A DNA stretch of 58,036 nucleotides from a virus. Its lineage: Duplodnaviria; Caudoviricetes. How positions within the stretch are numbered: the stretch's first letter is position 1; every line of letters starts with the position of its first letter. The notes below the pieces were generated by a model that worked only from the letters and a program-made list of their open reading frames with translations, had not been told where the DNA came from and did no database searches. The translations under genes were made by a program, and so were the position numbers. Below, piece by piece: positions 8,939-16,765 of this stretch. Location of the stretch: the IMG/VR virus record IMGVR_UViG_3300028840_000318, positions 1-58,036 of that record. One strand, written 5' to 3'.

Positions 8939-9379
8939 TCACAGGTCTTTTTTGGTCAGGTAATATGAACAGATAACGCCAACGTCATCCAATTCATGTA
9001 TGTACATGAAGCTGAAGCGCAAGCCCTGTTTCACCCATTCCTGAAGCTTGGGGTTTCTTTGCAGGTCAGCAATGTCAGCGTCATAAAAGAAGTTGCGCAA
9101 ATATGTCTTGTAAACTTCTGTATTGTTGCGGGCCACGTGGTCAAGCTTGCCACCGTCACTTGCAACCACACAGTACATGCTGACGGTGCCGCCAAGGGCG
9201 TTGACGCCAACCAAGTACAAGTTTGTGCGGTCAAGCTTCATCGGCAGCTTGTCTTGGAACATGTCAGCCAAATACTTGGCCCTGGCTTCCACGTCAACAG
9301 GGTCAGCGGCCAGGGCAGCACCCAGGTTGAAGAAGAACAGCACGGCCATGGCCAACACTAAGGTCTTTTTCTTCATTTT
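8939..9379 (-). CDS. Putative secreted/periplasmic protein
   Basis: Signal-peptide-like MKKKTLVLAMAVLFFFNLGAALAA; AGGAG RBS. Confidence 0.7.
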   Translation of the reverse strand, partial: KMKKKTLVLAMAVLFFFNLGAALAADPVDVEARAKYLADMFQDKLPMKLDRTNLYLVGVNALGGTVSMYCVVASDGGKLDHVARNNTEVYKTYLRNFFYDADIADLQRNPKLQEWVKQGLRFSFMYIHELDDVGVICSYYLTKKDL

Positions 9380-9651
9380 TCTTGCTCCTTCTTTTTTGGT
9401 TTTGAAATACACAATTCACAGACCAACAGGCAGATAATGGCTGACGTGCAACCCCACTGCACGCCCACTTTCCAATTCCAGCCACCACCAAACCTGCCCA
9501 TTAAACCGGTTGCATCACGCCACGTGAAGTGAAAGCGCCAACCAAACCACTGCCACTTCTTGTCAACGTAATAAGGTGACGCCCAGGTGCTTGGGCGCTG
9601 CCTGCTAAAAAGGTTCAGGAATTTGCCCACGTCTTTGCCTTCCTTCCACAA
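9373..9651 (-). CDS. Hypothetical Trp-rich protein
   Basis: Tiles between neighbours; start uncertain. Confidence 0.5.
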   Translation of the reverse strand: MWKEGKDVGKFLNLFSRQRPSTWASPYYVDKKWQWFGWRFHFTWRDATGLMGRFGGGWNWKVGVQWGCTSAIICLLVCELCISKPKKKEQEK

Positions 9652-9880
9652 TTAGGGTTTCAACATGCCACATGGCGTGTTGTTTGTTTGGTTGCGTGCC
9701 ATGATTCTTGAAGGGTTGCGTTGTCCATACAGACCAAGCGCCGTCAGGTTCACGTTCTACCCATCCAAGTGAATCTTGGAGCATGACCGTGGCACCCTTT
9801 GCGCGTTCTTCTTCAAACAGGGCCACGGTCTGCTTCTTGGTTTCTGTGGTCAAATATAACCAATACAACATGCGCTTCAT
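9605..9880 (-). CDS. Hypothetical protein
   Basis: GGTGGTG RBS before ATG 9880. Confidence 0.55.
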   Translation of the reverse strand: MKRMLYWLYLTTETKKQTVALFEEERAKGATVMLQDSLGWVEREPDGAWSVWTTQPFKNHGTQPNKQHAMWHVETLIVEGRQRRGQIPEPF

Positions 9881-10022
9881 TTCACCACCTTCCCCTTGAC
9901 GTCTTGTTGAAGAACAGCCAACACCATCCATTCAGGCGGCTTCTGCTTGCCTGCCAATTTGTTGGCCAACCTGACAAACCTTGGTGAAAATTCCTTGTGT
10001 TCCATCTGCCTGGGCTCCTTTG

Positions 10023-10259
10023 TTAGCATTTGTTCCACGTGTTCTTGTAATCATCAGCGTTCACCAGGGGTGCGCCGTCATCACCAGTTTTGACAAGCAC
10101 GGCCACGCTGCCAAACTTGTTTCTATACAGCACTTCAATGCTTTTGCGGTTGATCTTCACAACCTTGCCCTTGACGTGACGGCCACGCAAGTGCCTGGGG
10201 TATTTTATGCTGTTGGGAATTAGCACGGTCATTTCTTGCTGAATTTTGGGTGCGGCCAT
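10023..10259 (-). CDS. Hypothetical basic protein
   Basis: AAAAGGAGC RBS after a hairpin. Confidence 0.65.
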   Translation of the reverse strand: MAAPKIQQEMTVLIPNSIKYPRHLRGRHVKGKVVKINRKSIEVLYRNKFGSVAVLVKTGDDGAPLVNADDYKNTWNKC

Positions 10260-10283
10260 GGTCTTGCTCCTTTTCTTGGTGTT

Positions 10284-10303
10284 GGGAGCCCTGGCGGGCT
10301 CCC
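10284..10303 (-). repeat. Conserved hairpin, copy 4 (loop GCCA)
   Basis: Same stem; 9 nt after a stop. Confidence 0.85.
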
Positions 10304-10312
10304 TGTGGCGTT

Positions 10313-10633
10313 TTAACAGCAATAGGCGGTCACGTCATAGCGTTCAAGCGGGTCTTTGACGCTGCCCGCGCCTGCCGCCGTGATAATGGCGAAAAGCGGC
10401 TTGCCCTTGGGCGCTTTGATTTCAAACGTCCAAACCTTGCGGCAGGGCGTGCCGTTTTCATCATGTTCATACTTGGTGCCGGTCAGGCTGTATTCAATGC
10501 CGTTTTCAGCAAGAAGCTTCAGCGTGTCATTAACAGGGGTCCAAAAGTCATCAGTGAAGAAGCCCTTGGTATGAAAGCCAAGAAGCTTGTTGACGTGGTT
10601 TTTGAAGGCGTTGCGGGTTTTTGGGGTTGCCAT
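10313..10633 (-). CDS. Hypothetical protein
   Basis: 106 aa, strong RBS, first gene after P4. Confidence 0.75.
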   Translation of the reverse strand: MATPKTRNAFKNHVNKLLGFHTKGFFTDDFWTPVNDTLKLLAENGIEYSLTGTKYEHDENGTPCRKVWTFEIKAPKGKPLFAIITAAGAGSVKDPLERYDVTAYCC

Positions 10634-10683
10634 GTTGTTGCTCCTTTTCTAAGGTTCCGGCATGTGCCGCCGTGTTGAGATAT

Positions 10684-10712
10684 AAGCTAACAGCTTGTTA
10701 ACGGTCTGTCAA
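10684..10712 (-). promoter_or_regulatory. Cassette sigma70 promoter P4
   Basis: TTGACA-17 bp-TAGCTT, ATATCTCAACA, GGCGGCACATGCC leader, dyad operator. Confidence 0.75.
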
Positions 10713-10826
10713 CCCCTTTTTTGCATGTTCAAGGTCAAGGCGTGCAATTTTTGCTTCTAAAGCCTGAATATACTGAAGAAGGTGAATGTGTTGGGGTTTG
10801 TTGTTGGCTTTGTTGTTGGCTTTCAT
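10698..10826 (-). CDS. Small protein (42 aa), possible coiled coil
   Basis: AAAAGGAGC RBS directly after the sigma54 motif. Confidence 0.55.
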   Translation of the reverse strand: MKANNKANNKPQHIHLLQYIQALEAKIARLDLEHAKKGLTDR

Positions 10827-10864
10827 GTTGTTTGCTCCTTTTCTTGGTTGTTGCCTTCTGTATA

Positions 10865-10881
10865 TGCAGACCGCGTGCCAA
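10865..10881 (-). promoter_or_regulatory. Sigma54-type -24/-12 promoter
   Basis: TTGGCACGCGGTCTGCA = GG-N10-GC, intergenic, correctly oriented before an RBS. Confidence 0.65.
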
Positions 10882-10931
10882 CTTTTCAGGTCAGCAAATA
10901 CAGGCACTTACAACAACACTGCCACCAAACC

Positions 10932-10968
10932 TGACAAACTTTGTCACAATTCCTGACAAAGTTTGTCA
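10932..10968. promoter_or_regulatory. Tandem dyad element 1 (TGACAAASTTTGTCA x2); candidate enhancer/operator
   Basis: Two 15-bp palindromes at 22-bp period; near-identical inverted copy at 18096-18132. Confidence 0.7.
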
Positions 10969-10987
10969 TGGGGCATGGCCGCTTTTG

Positions 10988-11263
10988 CTACTTTTCCCCA
11001 GGTTGCCCAGGGGTGACGCGCACGCCACTTGGCTTGGCCAACGGGTTGGCCGTGGCCTTCTGCCGTGGCGGGTATGTCTTTGGCTGAAAAGGCGCTTTGA
11101 ATGTGTATTTGACCATTGCCTGTGCAAACATGGCAGCGCCGCCAACCCAATTGACGGATATGGAAGCACCACCAAACGGCACAAAGCCTTCTTTGATCTT
11201 TTCTTGCACCTTATATTTCAACTGTTCACGGCTTCCGGTCACAAGTTCATAGTCAACCTTCAC
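10988..11263 (-). CDS. DUF1737-like protein
   Basis: YELV...VQEKIKEGFVPFGG...FAQAMVK pattern. Confidence 0.6.
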   Translation of the reverse strand: MKVDYELVTGSREQLKYKVQEKIKEGFVPFGGASISVNWVGGAAMFAQAMVKYTFKAPFQPKTYPPRQKATANPLAKPSGVRVTPGQPGEK

Positions 11264-11580
11264 TTTTTGGGCTCCCTTCTGACAAACCTGGGGTCAAGCC
11301 GTTTGCCTTCCGTTTGTGCGCACCTGGGGCAAAGCCAAATATGGCTGCAACCTTTTGGAAGGTAACGCGGGTCAGTGGTGGCAATCCAACCGTCAGCATA
11401 TATGGCAGCACTGTTGAAATAACGCTTTGCTGCAATTGCGTCACATTTGGCCGTGCCTTGCCCTGGCCTGATTGACGTGTGTGCGCTTCCGGCGCAAGCA
11501 TACACGCGGTCAACTGACGGCCCGTTTGGCTTGGCGGTTGTATAGATGAAAAAACGTATTGAATCAGCTTTCAGCGGCAT
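11260..11580 (-). CDS. Hypothetical protein
   Basis: Coupled ORF, C-terminal CPRC. Confidence 0.6.
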   Translation of the reverse strand: MPLKADSIRFFIYTTAKPNGPSVDRVYACAGSAHTSIRPGQGTAKCDAIAAKRYFNSAAIYADGWIATTDPRYLPKGCSHIWLCPRCAQTEGKRLDPRFVRREPKK

Positions 11581-11755
11581 TTGTTAACCCCTTGTCAACC
11601 AACGCTTCAAGCAGATAGAAGGTTGCGTTGCATTTTTGGTTGTTGCACCTGAAGCCCATTAATTTGGCAGCTTCCGGCGTGCTGGCAATCACCAACAACA
11701 GGTCATCATTGTCATAACCAACAACACGTTTTGACTTGCAAATTGGGCAGTTCAT
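11564..11755 (-). CDS. Hypothetical zinc-ribbon protein
   Basis: MNCPIC...CNNQKC; ATGA overlap. Confidence 0.6.
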   Translation of the reverse strand: MNCPICKSKRVVGYDNDDLLLVIASTPEAAKLMGFRCNNQKCNATFYLLEALVDKGLTNAAES

Positions 11756-11946
11756 TTTTCCACCTTGACCATGTAACGGAAAAGCCAAAGGAAGATGAAG
11801 CGCACAAAGCTGACGCGCACCCATTCACCACCTTCCGTGGTTCCAAAGTAACGGTTCACAAAGCTGTTCTTGTATCCATAGAAGCGCATACCAAAAAGCC
11901 CTTCACCAAAATAAATGCGTGTTCTTCTGAAGGCTGAAAGCTTCAT
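11752..11946 (-). CDS. Hypothetical protein
   Basis: ATGA overlap with the thyX stop. Confidence 0.55.
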   Translation of the reverse strand: MKLSAFRRTRIYFGEGLFGMRFYGYKNSFVNRYFGTTEGGEWVRVSFVRFIFLWLFRYMVKVEK

Positions 11947-12638
11947 TGCTTCACCCAAAAGCAGTGGTCAGGAAGGTCTTCAAAAAATTCAGGGTATGCC
12001 GTCAAAAGCTGATTGCCTGCTAACCGCATAAGGTGCCTAATTTGCGGGTGCGCTGCCTTGGCCGTTCTTTGCTTCAGCACGTGCCGCCACTGCCGGAAGT
12101 TGTACGTTGTGCATATTTCCGTTTTCAGGGCGTTGCCAAGCACTTCACGGGCCTGTTCAGGCTTCCAACCGGCCTGAAGAAGCCAACCATAGCTGCGTTC
12201 ATCATCCAGGCAGGCGGCAACAAATAAATATTCAGCTTCTTCTTGTGGCGTCTTCTGCCTGTGGTTGAATTTAATGACTTTTTCAAGGTTCCATTGGCCA
12301 AGATGCACGTCATTCACCCAAACGGGCAAAATGAATTGCATTGGCCCGCCACCATAATTGACATAACGGGTTGACTCTTGGCTGTAAGCTGCAATTCTAT
12401 GGCGCACCATTTCATGCGTCACGCTTCTGTTGGTAATGAAGCGCACGGTTGCACACAGGTGTTCAATGACTGAAAGGTGGCCGCTTTTGATAATGCGCTT
12501 GATAAAGGCGGCAGCACTGTCAGGCGTCTTCTTTGCTTCTGACTTGTAACAGGTGCGGCCAATGTCTTCCACAGCCCTGGCGGCTGCATGGCGTTCCGGC
12601 CCAACTTCAAGAATGGCTTGCTGTTTAATTAATTCCAT
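11943..12638 (-). CDS. thyX: FAD-dependent thymidylate synthase
   Basis: GRTCYKS, GHLSVIEH, RHRIAAYSQESTRY signature, PEQAR, AHPQIR; GGGAG RBS at ATG 12638. Confidence 0.95.
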   Translation of the reverse strand: MELIKQQAILEVGPERHAAARAVEDIGRTCYKSEAKKTPDSAAAFIKRIIKSGHLSVIEHLCATVRFITNRSVTHEMVRHRIAAYSQESTRYVNYGGGPMQFILPVWVNDVHLGQWNLEKVIKFNHRQKTPQEEAEYLFVAACLDDERSYGWLLQAGWKPEQAREVLGNALKTEICTTYNFRQWRHVLKQRTAKAAHPQIRHLMRLAGNQLLTAYPEFFEDLPDHCFWVKQ

Positions 12639-12820
12639 GCTGTTGCTCCCTTTTCTAAGGTTGAAGAAGCCCAGGGGTGACGCACGCACTGCCCACCGAC
12701 CAAAGTTTGACAGTGCGCCCAAACGCTGCACCCCTGGGCAATATAAGTTGCCCAAGGTTGACCGTTCCGGCGGGCTCCTTTTTCCCACCTTCCCCAACGG
12801 CCACCCTTGGGCGTTCCCCT

Positions 12821-13453
12821 TTATTCAACGGCCCGTTCAGCAAGCCGTATGCCGCGCCACTTGCGGTCAATGCGTTCATTGGGTTGCCACAGGCGGCACG
12901 TGTCAATCATTTCATTCCCTGGCACGGGTGACACAGTGACCGGTTGCAGGTGGTCAATGGGGTCCATGTGCCATTCTTGCGGGCCTTCCTTGAAGGCCAA
13001 GAATATTGATTCACTGCAAAATAGCTGTGCTTCATCAGCGGGCTTGACAGTGGCGTCAGCCAACCGTTCAAAACCAAACCGCCGATACAAGGCACCACGG
13101 TTGGAAAGGCACCCTGACCAATCATAAGGCACGCCCTGGCGGTCAAGAAGCCAAGCGGCAGCGGCCTTGGCACATTCCCTGTAATCAGGTTTCAACGGGA
13201 AGACGTCAACATGCCCTTCATATGCTTCCATCAGGGTTGACAACCGATACATGAAAAGCCCGTTGTCAAGCGCTTCAATACTGTACACGTGGTTGGAATA
13301 TTCACCCAGGCGCAACAAGAAGCTTGCATGGTTGTAATACTCTTTTGTTCCGTGCCTGATTATGTGGCTGAATGGATAGTCACCACGCCACTGTAACAGG
13401 TCACCAGTGTTCAGGCCGTCACGCATCTGTTCATAGTTGGTCAATTTGGCCAT
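12821..13453 (-). CDS. Permuted papain-like amidase (YaeF/YiiX, NlpC/P60-type)
   Basis: GDLL, YNHA (His), IEA, GVPYD, LFCSE (Cys) in permuted order. Confidence 0.8.
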   Translation of the reverse strand: MAKLTNYEQMRDGLNTGDLLQWRGDYPFSHIIRHGTKEYYNHASFLLRLGEYSNHVYSIEALDNGLFMYRLSTLMEAYEGHVDVFPLKPDYRECAKAAAAWLLDRQGVPYDWSGCLSNRGALYRRFGFERLADATVKPADEAQLFCSESIFLAFKEGPQEWHMDPIDHLQPVTVSPVPGNEMIDTCRLWQPNERIDRKWRGIRLAERAVE

Positions 13454-13467
13454 GGTCAAGTTCTCCT

Positions 13468-14046
13468 TTATTTGTGCAGGTTGGCCCAGGTGGCTGACTT
13501 CCACATGGTAGCAAAGCCAAGCGCCTTGGCACGCAAGTCTTCCGGCGTGCCGTCATTGTTGATTTCAATGTCATAGTCAAATGCTTCCACATTGCGGTCA
13601 GCGGGGTTGTTGTACTTTTTGGCCTTCTTGCAGCCACGCACAAAAACAGTCACAATGTTGAAGTCATTTATGGTGCCAAACCGGCCCTTGAATTCACGCA
13701 AAATGTCTTCAAGGTTGTGTGGCTCCCTGACGTGATAAAACAGCAACAAGCTGCCTTGTGTATAGTGAAACACGTTGGCCGTTCTGTGCATACAGTGGTT
13801 GACCGTTCCCTGATAATACTTATCCCAGGCGGCTTTGATTGCAGCCATGCAAGCACGGTCATGCGCTTCTTTGCTTTCACCATCCCAACCAAGGAAGGTC
13901 TGCATGGCCTTCTTCACAGGGTCAATGCTTGACTCATTGAACACCAAGGCGTCACTGCGTTCATGCAACTGGCGTTGCACATAGTCAATGAACGTGTCTT
14001 TTCCGTTTTCTGCCGCGCCATTAATCAAAGCCAAAGTCTTCTGCAT
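13468..14046 (-). CDS. P-loop deoxynucleoside-monophosphate kinase-like protein
   Basis: INGAAENGKDTF Walker A, HVREP, FDYDIEINNDGT. Confidence 0.7.
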   Translation of the reverse strand: MQKTLALINGAAENGKDTFIDYVQRQLHERSDALVFNESSIDPVKKAMQTFLGWDGESKEAHDRACMAAIKAAWDKYYQGTVNHCMHRTANVFHYTQGSLLLFYHVREPHNLEDILREFKGRFGTINDFNIVTVFVRGCKKAKKYNNPADRNVEAFDYDIEINNDGTPEDLRAKALGFATMWKSATWANLHK

Positions 14047-14049
14047 CTA

Positions 14050-14364
14050 TCACCCCAAAATGTCAGGAAAGCGGTTAACTTCACGGGCAACAATTGCCCT
14101 GCCCTGGCCACCAAAGCCCTGCACCACGCGCCGTGGTTCTTCAGTCATGCCGTCACGGGCAACGGAAGCCAACAAGCGCCGCCCGTTTTCATGGCCAATC
14201 AGCATGACCGGCCCGCCGCACATGGTGCAGCGGTTGCGGTCTTCTATCTGAACGGCAGCGTGCGCCATTTTCCGGCACTGGCCACATAAAAACATTGTGT
14301 CATTGCGCATCTTGGTCAAGCCTTCTGCCCGTTGTGCGTCAATGAATTCCCTGAAGGTCTGCAT
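14050..14364 (-). CDS. Hypothetical zinc-ribbon protein
   Basis: CGQC...CTMC; AGGAG RBS. Confidence 0.65.
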   Translation of the reverse strand: MQTFREFIDAQRAEGLTKMRNDTMFLCGQCRKMAHAAVQIEDRNRCTMCGGPVMLIGHENGRRLLASVARDGMTEEPRRVVQGFGGQGRAIVAREVNRFPDILG

Positions 14365-14381
14365 GGTCAAGTTCTCCTTTT

Positions 14382-14465
14382 CTATACCATGGAAGCGGTC
14401 ATAATAAGGCCAATCACAATGCCGCCCATGATAAAACCCAACAAAAATGACTTGATCTTTTCCAT
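14382..14465 (-). CDS. 27-aa membrane peptide (not in ORF track)
   Basis: MEKIKSFLLGFIMGGIVIGLIMTASMV with AAGGAG RBS. Confidence 0.5.
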   Translation of the reverse strand: MEKIKSFLLGFIMGGIVIGLIMTASMV

Positions 14466-14481
14466 GGTGAAGTTCTCCTTT

Positions 14482-14799
14482 TTAGTTGATCGGAATGACG
14501 CCAACCGGATACAGCTTGACGTTGTGTTTTTCAATGTGGCGCTTGACGCCATGGCCACTGAAATACAGGCTTGACGCCTTGCTTATGGCACTGCGCCCAT
14601 TGCTGTGAATGACGCTAACCCTGACGGTCTTGCCGTTGATTGCTTCAACAACACCACTGCCACGGCCAACACCCATGTCAAAGGTGCAAAACTGGCGTTC
14701 ATTCAGGTCTGCACGCTTAACCTTGGTCATGTTGTCCATGTTGGTTGTCTTGAAACGCGGGTTGCCTTTGGTGCGGTTGTTTGTGGGGTGCTTTTGCAT
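14482..14799 (-). CDS. Hypothetical protein
   Basis: AGGAG RBS at ATG 14799. Confidence 0.65.
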   Translation of the reverse strand: MQKHPTNNRTKGNPRFKTTNMDNMTKVKRADLNERQFCTFDMGVGRGSGVVEAINGKTVRVSVIHSNGRSAISKASSLYFSGHGVKRHIEKHNVKLYPVGVIPIN

Positions 14800-14803
14800 T
14801 GTT

Positions 14804-15139
14804 TCAGTTCTCCTTTTCTTGTGTGAAGTGGTGGCCACAGTCAAAGCATTTAAAAATGGCCATGTTATATATTGCTTCAACGTGCAGCGGGTCAACAAGG
14901 TCATGCACTTCATTCACCATTTCCGTATTAACACCGCCGCATTTTTCGCATGGTTTGACGCGGGCAATGAAGTTGACAATTGCTTCACGTATGCTTTTGA
15001 CTGCCTTGGGTTCTCTGCTTTCATTCAACAGTATGCCACGCCCTTGCGTGTTCTCCCTGGCAACCACCCTGCCTGAATAGCGCTTGCGGTCCAACATGGC
15101 TTGCAAGAAGTCAAGCAGTTCAGTGTCAGTCAAGGTCAT
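14804..15139 (-). CDS. Hypothetical zinc-ribbon protein
   Basis: CEKC...CFDC; TAATG coupling. Confidence 0.65.
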   Translation of the reverse strand: MTLTDTELLDFLQAMLDRKRYSGRVVARENTQGRGILLNESREPKAVKSIREAIVNFIARVKPCEKCGGVNTEMVNEVHDLVDPLHVEAIYNMAIFKCFDCGHHFTQEKEN

Positions 15140-15468
15140 TATTTCAACGGGTTCCTGTGCGCATCCCAACGCTTATATTGGGCCATGGTTGCTTCATCAA
15201 AGAAGCTGCCAATATCTTCACCAAAAAACTTGGTCAGGTTCATTTGTGCCTTGACTGACATTGAGCCCAAAAAGACGCCAAACACGTCAACCGCCCTGTA
15301 CGGCATAAGGCGCTTCAACAGCACCTTCAACAGTGCAATCAGAAGGCTGTACGTGTAAACATTGGAATATTCAAAAGCGTTCTTGGCAAGCGTGCGCTTG
15401 GCAGGCTGACATTCACCCAAGTCTTCAATAAGGGCCTTCAGTTGCTTGTCAGGGTTCCGGCGTTTCAT
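15139..15468 (-). CDS. Hypothetical protein
   Basis: AAAAGGAGC RBS. Confidence 0.65.
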   Translation of the reverse strand: MKRRNPDKQLKALIEDLGECQPAKRTLAKNAFEYSNVYTYSLLIALLKVLLKRLMPYRAVDVFGVFLGSMSVKAQMNLTKFFGEDIGSFFDEATMAQYKRWDAHRNPLK

Positions 15469-15570
15469 GGGCGTTGCTCCTTTTCTTTGTCTGTGTATTT
15501 GAAAGTTTAACTTTTGTCAAGTGGTTTGTTGTCACCCTGGGCAGATTGCCCAGGGTGACGGCGTTGAAGG

Positions 15571-15810
15571 TTAACGGCTGACTGCATACCTGCGTTGGCC
15601 CGTTTCCTTGTGCGTGTAATCAAATTGCGGTTCACGGCCACAGGTGCGGCCATGGAACATGCCGCCGTTGTACGTGTGGCCCGCTGCCGCAATTTCTTTG
15701 CCGCGTTCAATGGCACGTTCTTCAGTGTCAAAGTATTCCAGGCCAAAGCAAATGCGCCCTTCATATTCAACGCGGTCTTCTGCCAGTTCCAACATTCTTG
15801 CCATGTTCAT
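15571..15810 (-). CDS. Hypothetical protein
   Basis: AAAAGGAGC RBS. Confidence 0.7.
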   Translation of the reverse strand: MNMARMLELAEDRVEYEGRICFGLEYFDTEERAIERGKEIAAAGHTYNGGMFHGRTCGREPQFDYTHKETGQRRYAVSR

Positions 15811-15864
15811 GCTCCTTTTCTGTGGGGTGAATGGTATGGCGGGCAGTCACGCCCGCCATTGGTA

Positions 15865-16170
15865 TTATATCGCGCTGACGTCACCGGTCAGCACGTTGAC
15901 CACTTTGGCACCAGGGCCATGCACGTTGCGCAATTCAGCCAGTTCTTCACCACCCAAAAAGCTTGGCTTGTAATTGGCCAGGGCCATGCGTTCAAATTCC
16001 TGGCGGGCTGCAAGCTGACCTTCCGGCATGGTCAATTCATGTTCAGTGAAAAACCAATCAGGCACAACGTGGCCGTTGCTTTTCCAATAGTAAACACCGT
16101 CAATTTTGCGGGCGTCTTTCAACAGTTCTTCAATGCCTTTGAATTGCAATTTGGTCAGGGTCAAATCCAT
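15865..16170 (-). CDS. Hypothetical protein
   Basis: AGGAG RBS; C-terminal GPGAKVVNVLTG. Confidence 0.7.
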   Translation of the reverse strand: MDLTLTKLQFKGIEELLKDARKIDGVYYWKSNGHVVPDWFFTEHELTMPEGQLAARQEFERMALANYKPSFLGGEELAELRNVHGPGAKVVNVLTGDVSAI

Positions 16171-16199
16171 TTTCAAGTTCTCCTTTTCTGACGTTCCGG

Positions 16200-16394
16200 T
16201 TAGCAATAAGCGGCCAGGGTCTTGGCTGTTTCTTCACGGCCCTGGCAGGTGTTCATGGCCTTGTACAGTTCCAACAGTGTGTCAGTGTTCAGCTTCCTGG
16301 CCCTTGGGTCAACGGCCTTGGCTTCTTCAAACGTGAAGCCCTTGCGGTATGCCCTTAGTTTAATGCGGGTCAAAAGGTCTTCTTTGCGTGACAT
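16200..16394 (-). CDS. Hypothetical protein
   Basis: AAAAGGAGC RBS after a hairpin. Confidence 0.7.
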   Translation of the reverse strand: MSRKEDLLTRIKLRAYRKGFTFEEAKAVDPRARKLNTDTLLELYKAMNTCQGREETAKTLAAYC

Positions 16395-16421
16395 GTTGGT
16401 TGCTCCTTTTCTTGGTGAAGT

Positions 16422-16441
16422 GGGAGCCCTTGCGGGCTCCC
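16422..16441 (-). repeat. Conserved hairpin, copy 5 (loop GCAA)
   Basis: Same stem; 9 nt after a stop. Confidence 0.85.
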
Positions 16442-16450
16442 TGTTGAGTA

Positions 16451-16675
16451 TTAAGCAAAAATGCCGCGTGCAGCTTCCATCTGTTCTTGCAAGCGGGCTT
16501 CATCATATCCACGGTTTTCCCAATACTGTTCACATGCACGTTCTGCCGCAAGGTCATTTTCAACTTCCAGCACGCCCGCTTGATATTCCCAAACTTCTTC
16601 AAGGGAGTCAAACAAGAAGCCACTGTTGTACGCTTCAAGGTCTGCTTCAAAGTCTGCTTTGCTGTAACGTTCCAT
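16451..16675 (-). CDS. Small highly acidic protein
   Basis: 74 aa, E/D-rich; first gene after P5. Confidence 0.75.
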   Translation of the reverse strand: MERYSKADFEADLEAYNSGFLFDSLEEVWEYQAGVLEVENDLAAERACEQYWENRGYDEARLQEQMEAARGIFA

Positions 16676-16728
16676 GTGGTTGCTCCTTTTCTTGGTGTTG
16701 TGGGCATGTGCCGCCCTTGTTGAGATAT

Positions 16729-16757
16729 AAGTTAACACCACCAACCAAGCTTGTCAA
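16729..16757 (-). promoter_or_regulatory. Cassette sigma70 promoter P5
   Basis: TTGACA-17 bp-TAACTT, ATATCTCAACA, GGGCGGCACATGCCC leader. Confidence 0.75.
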
Positions 16758-16765
16758 CACCTTTT

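Noticed and set aside
12669-12812. ZTP or THF riboswitch, or tRNA
   Set aside because: I could not match the conserved cores or a cloverleaf; kept only as an unknown structured leader
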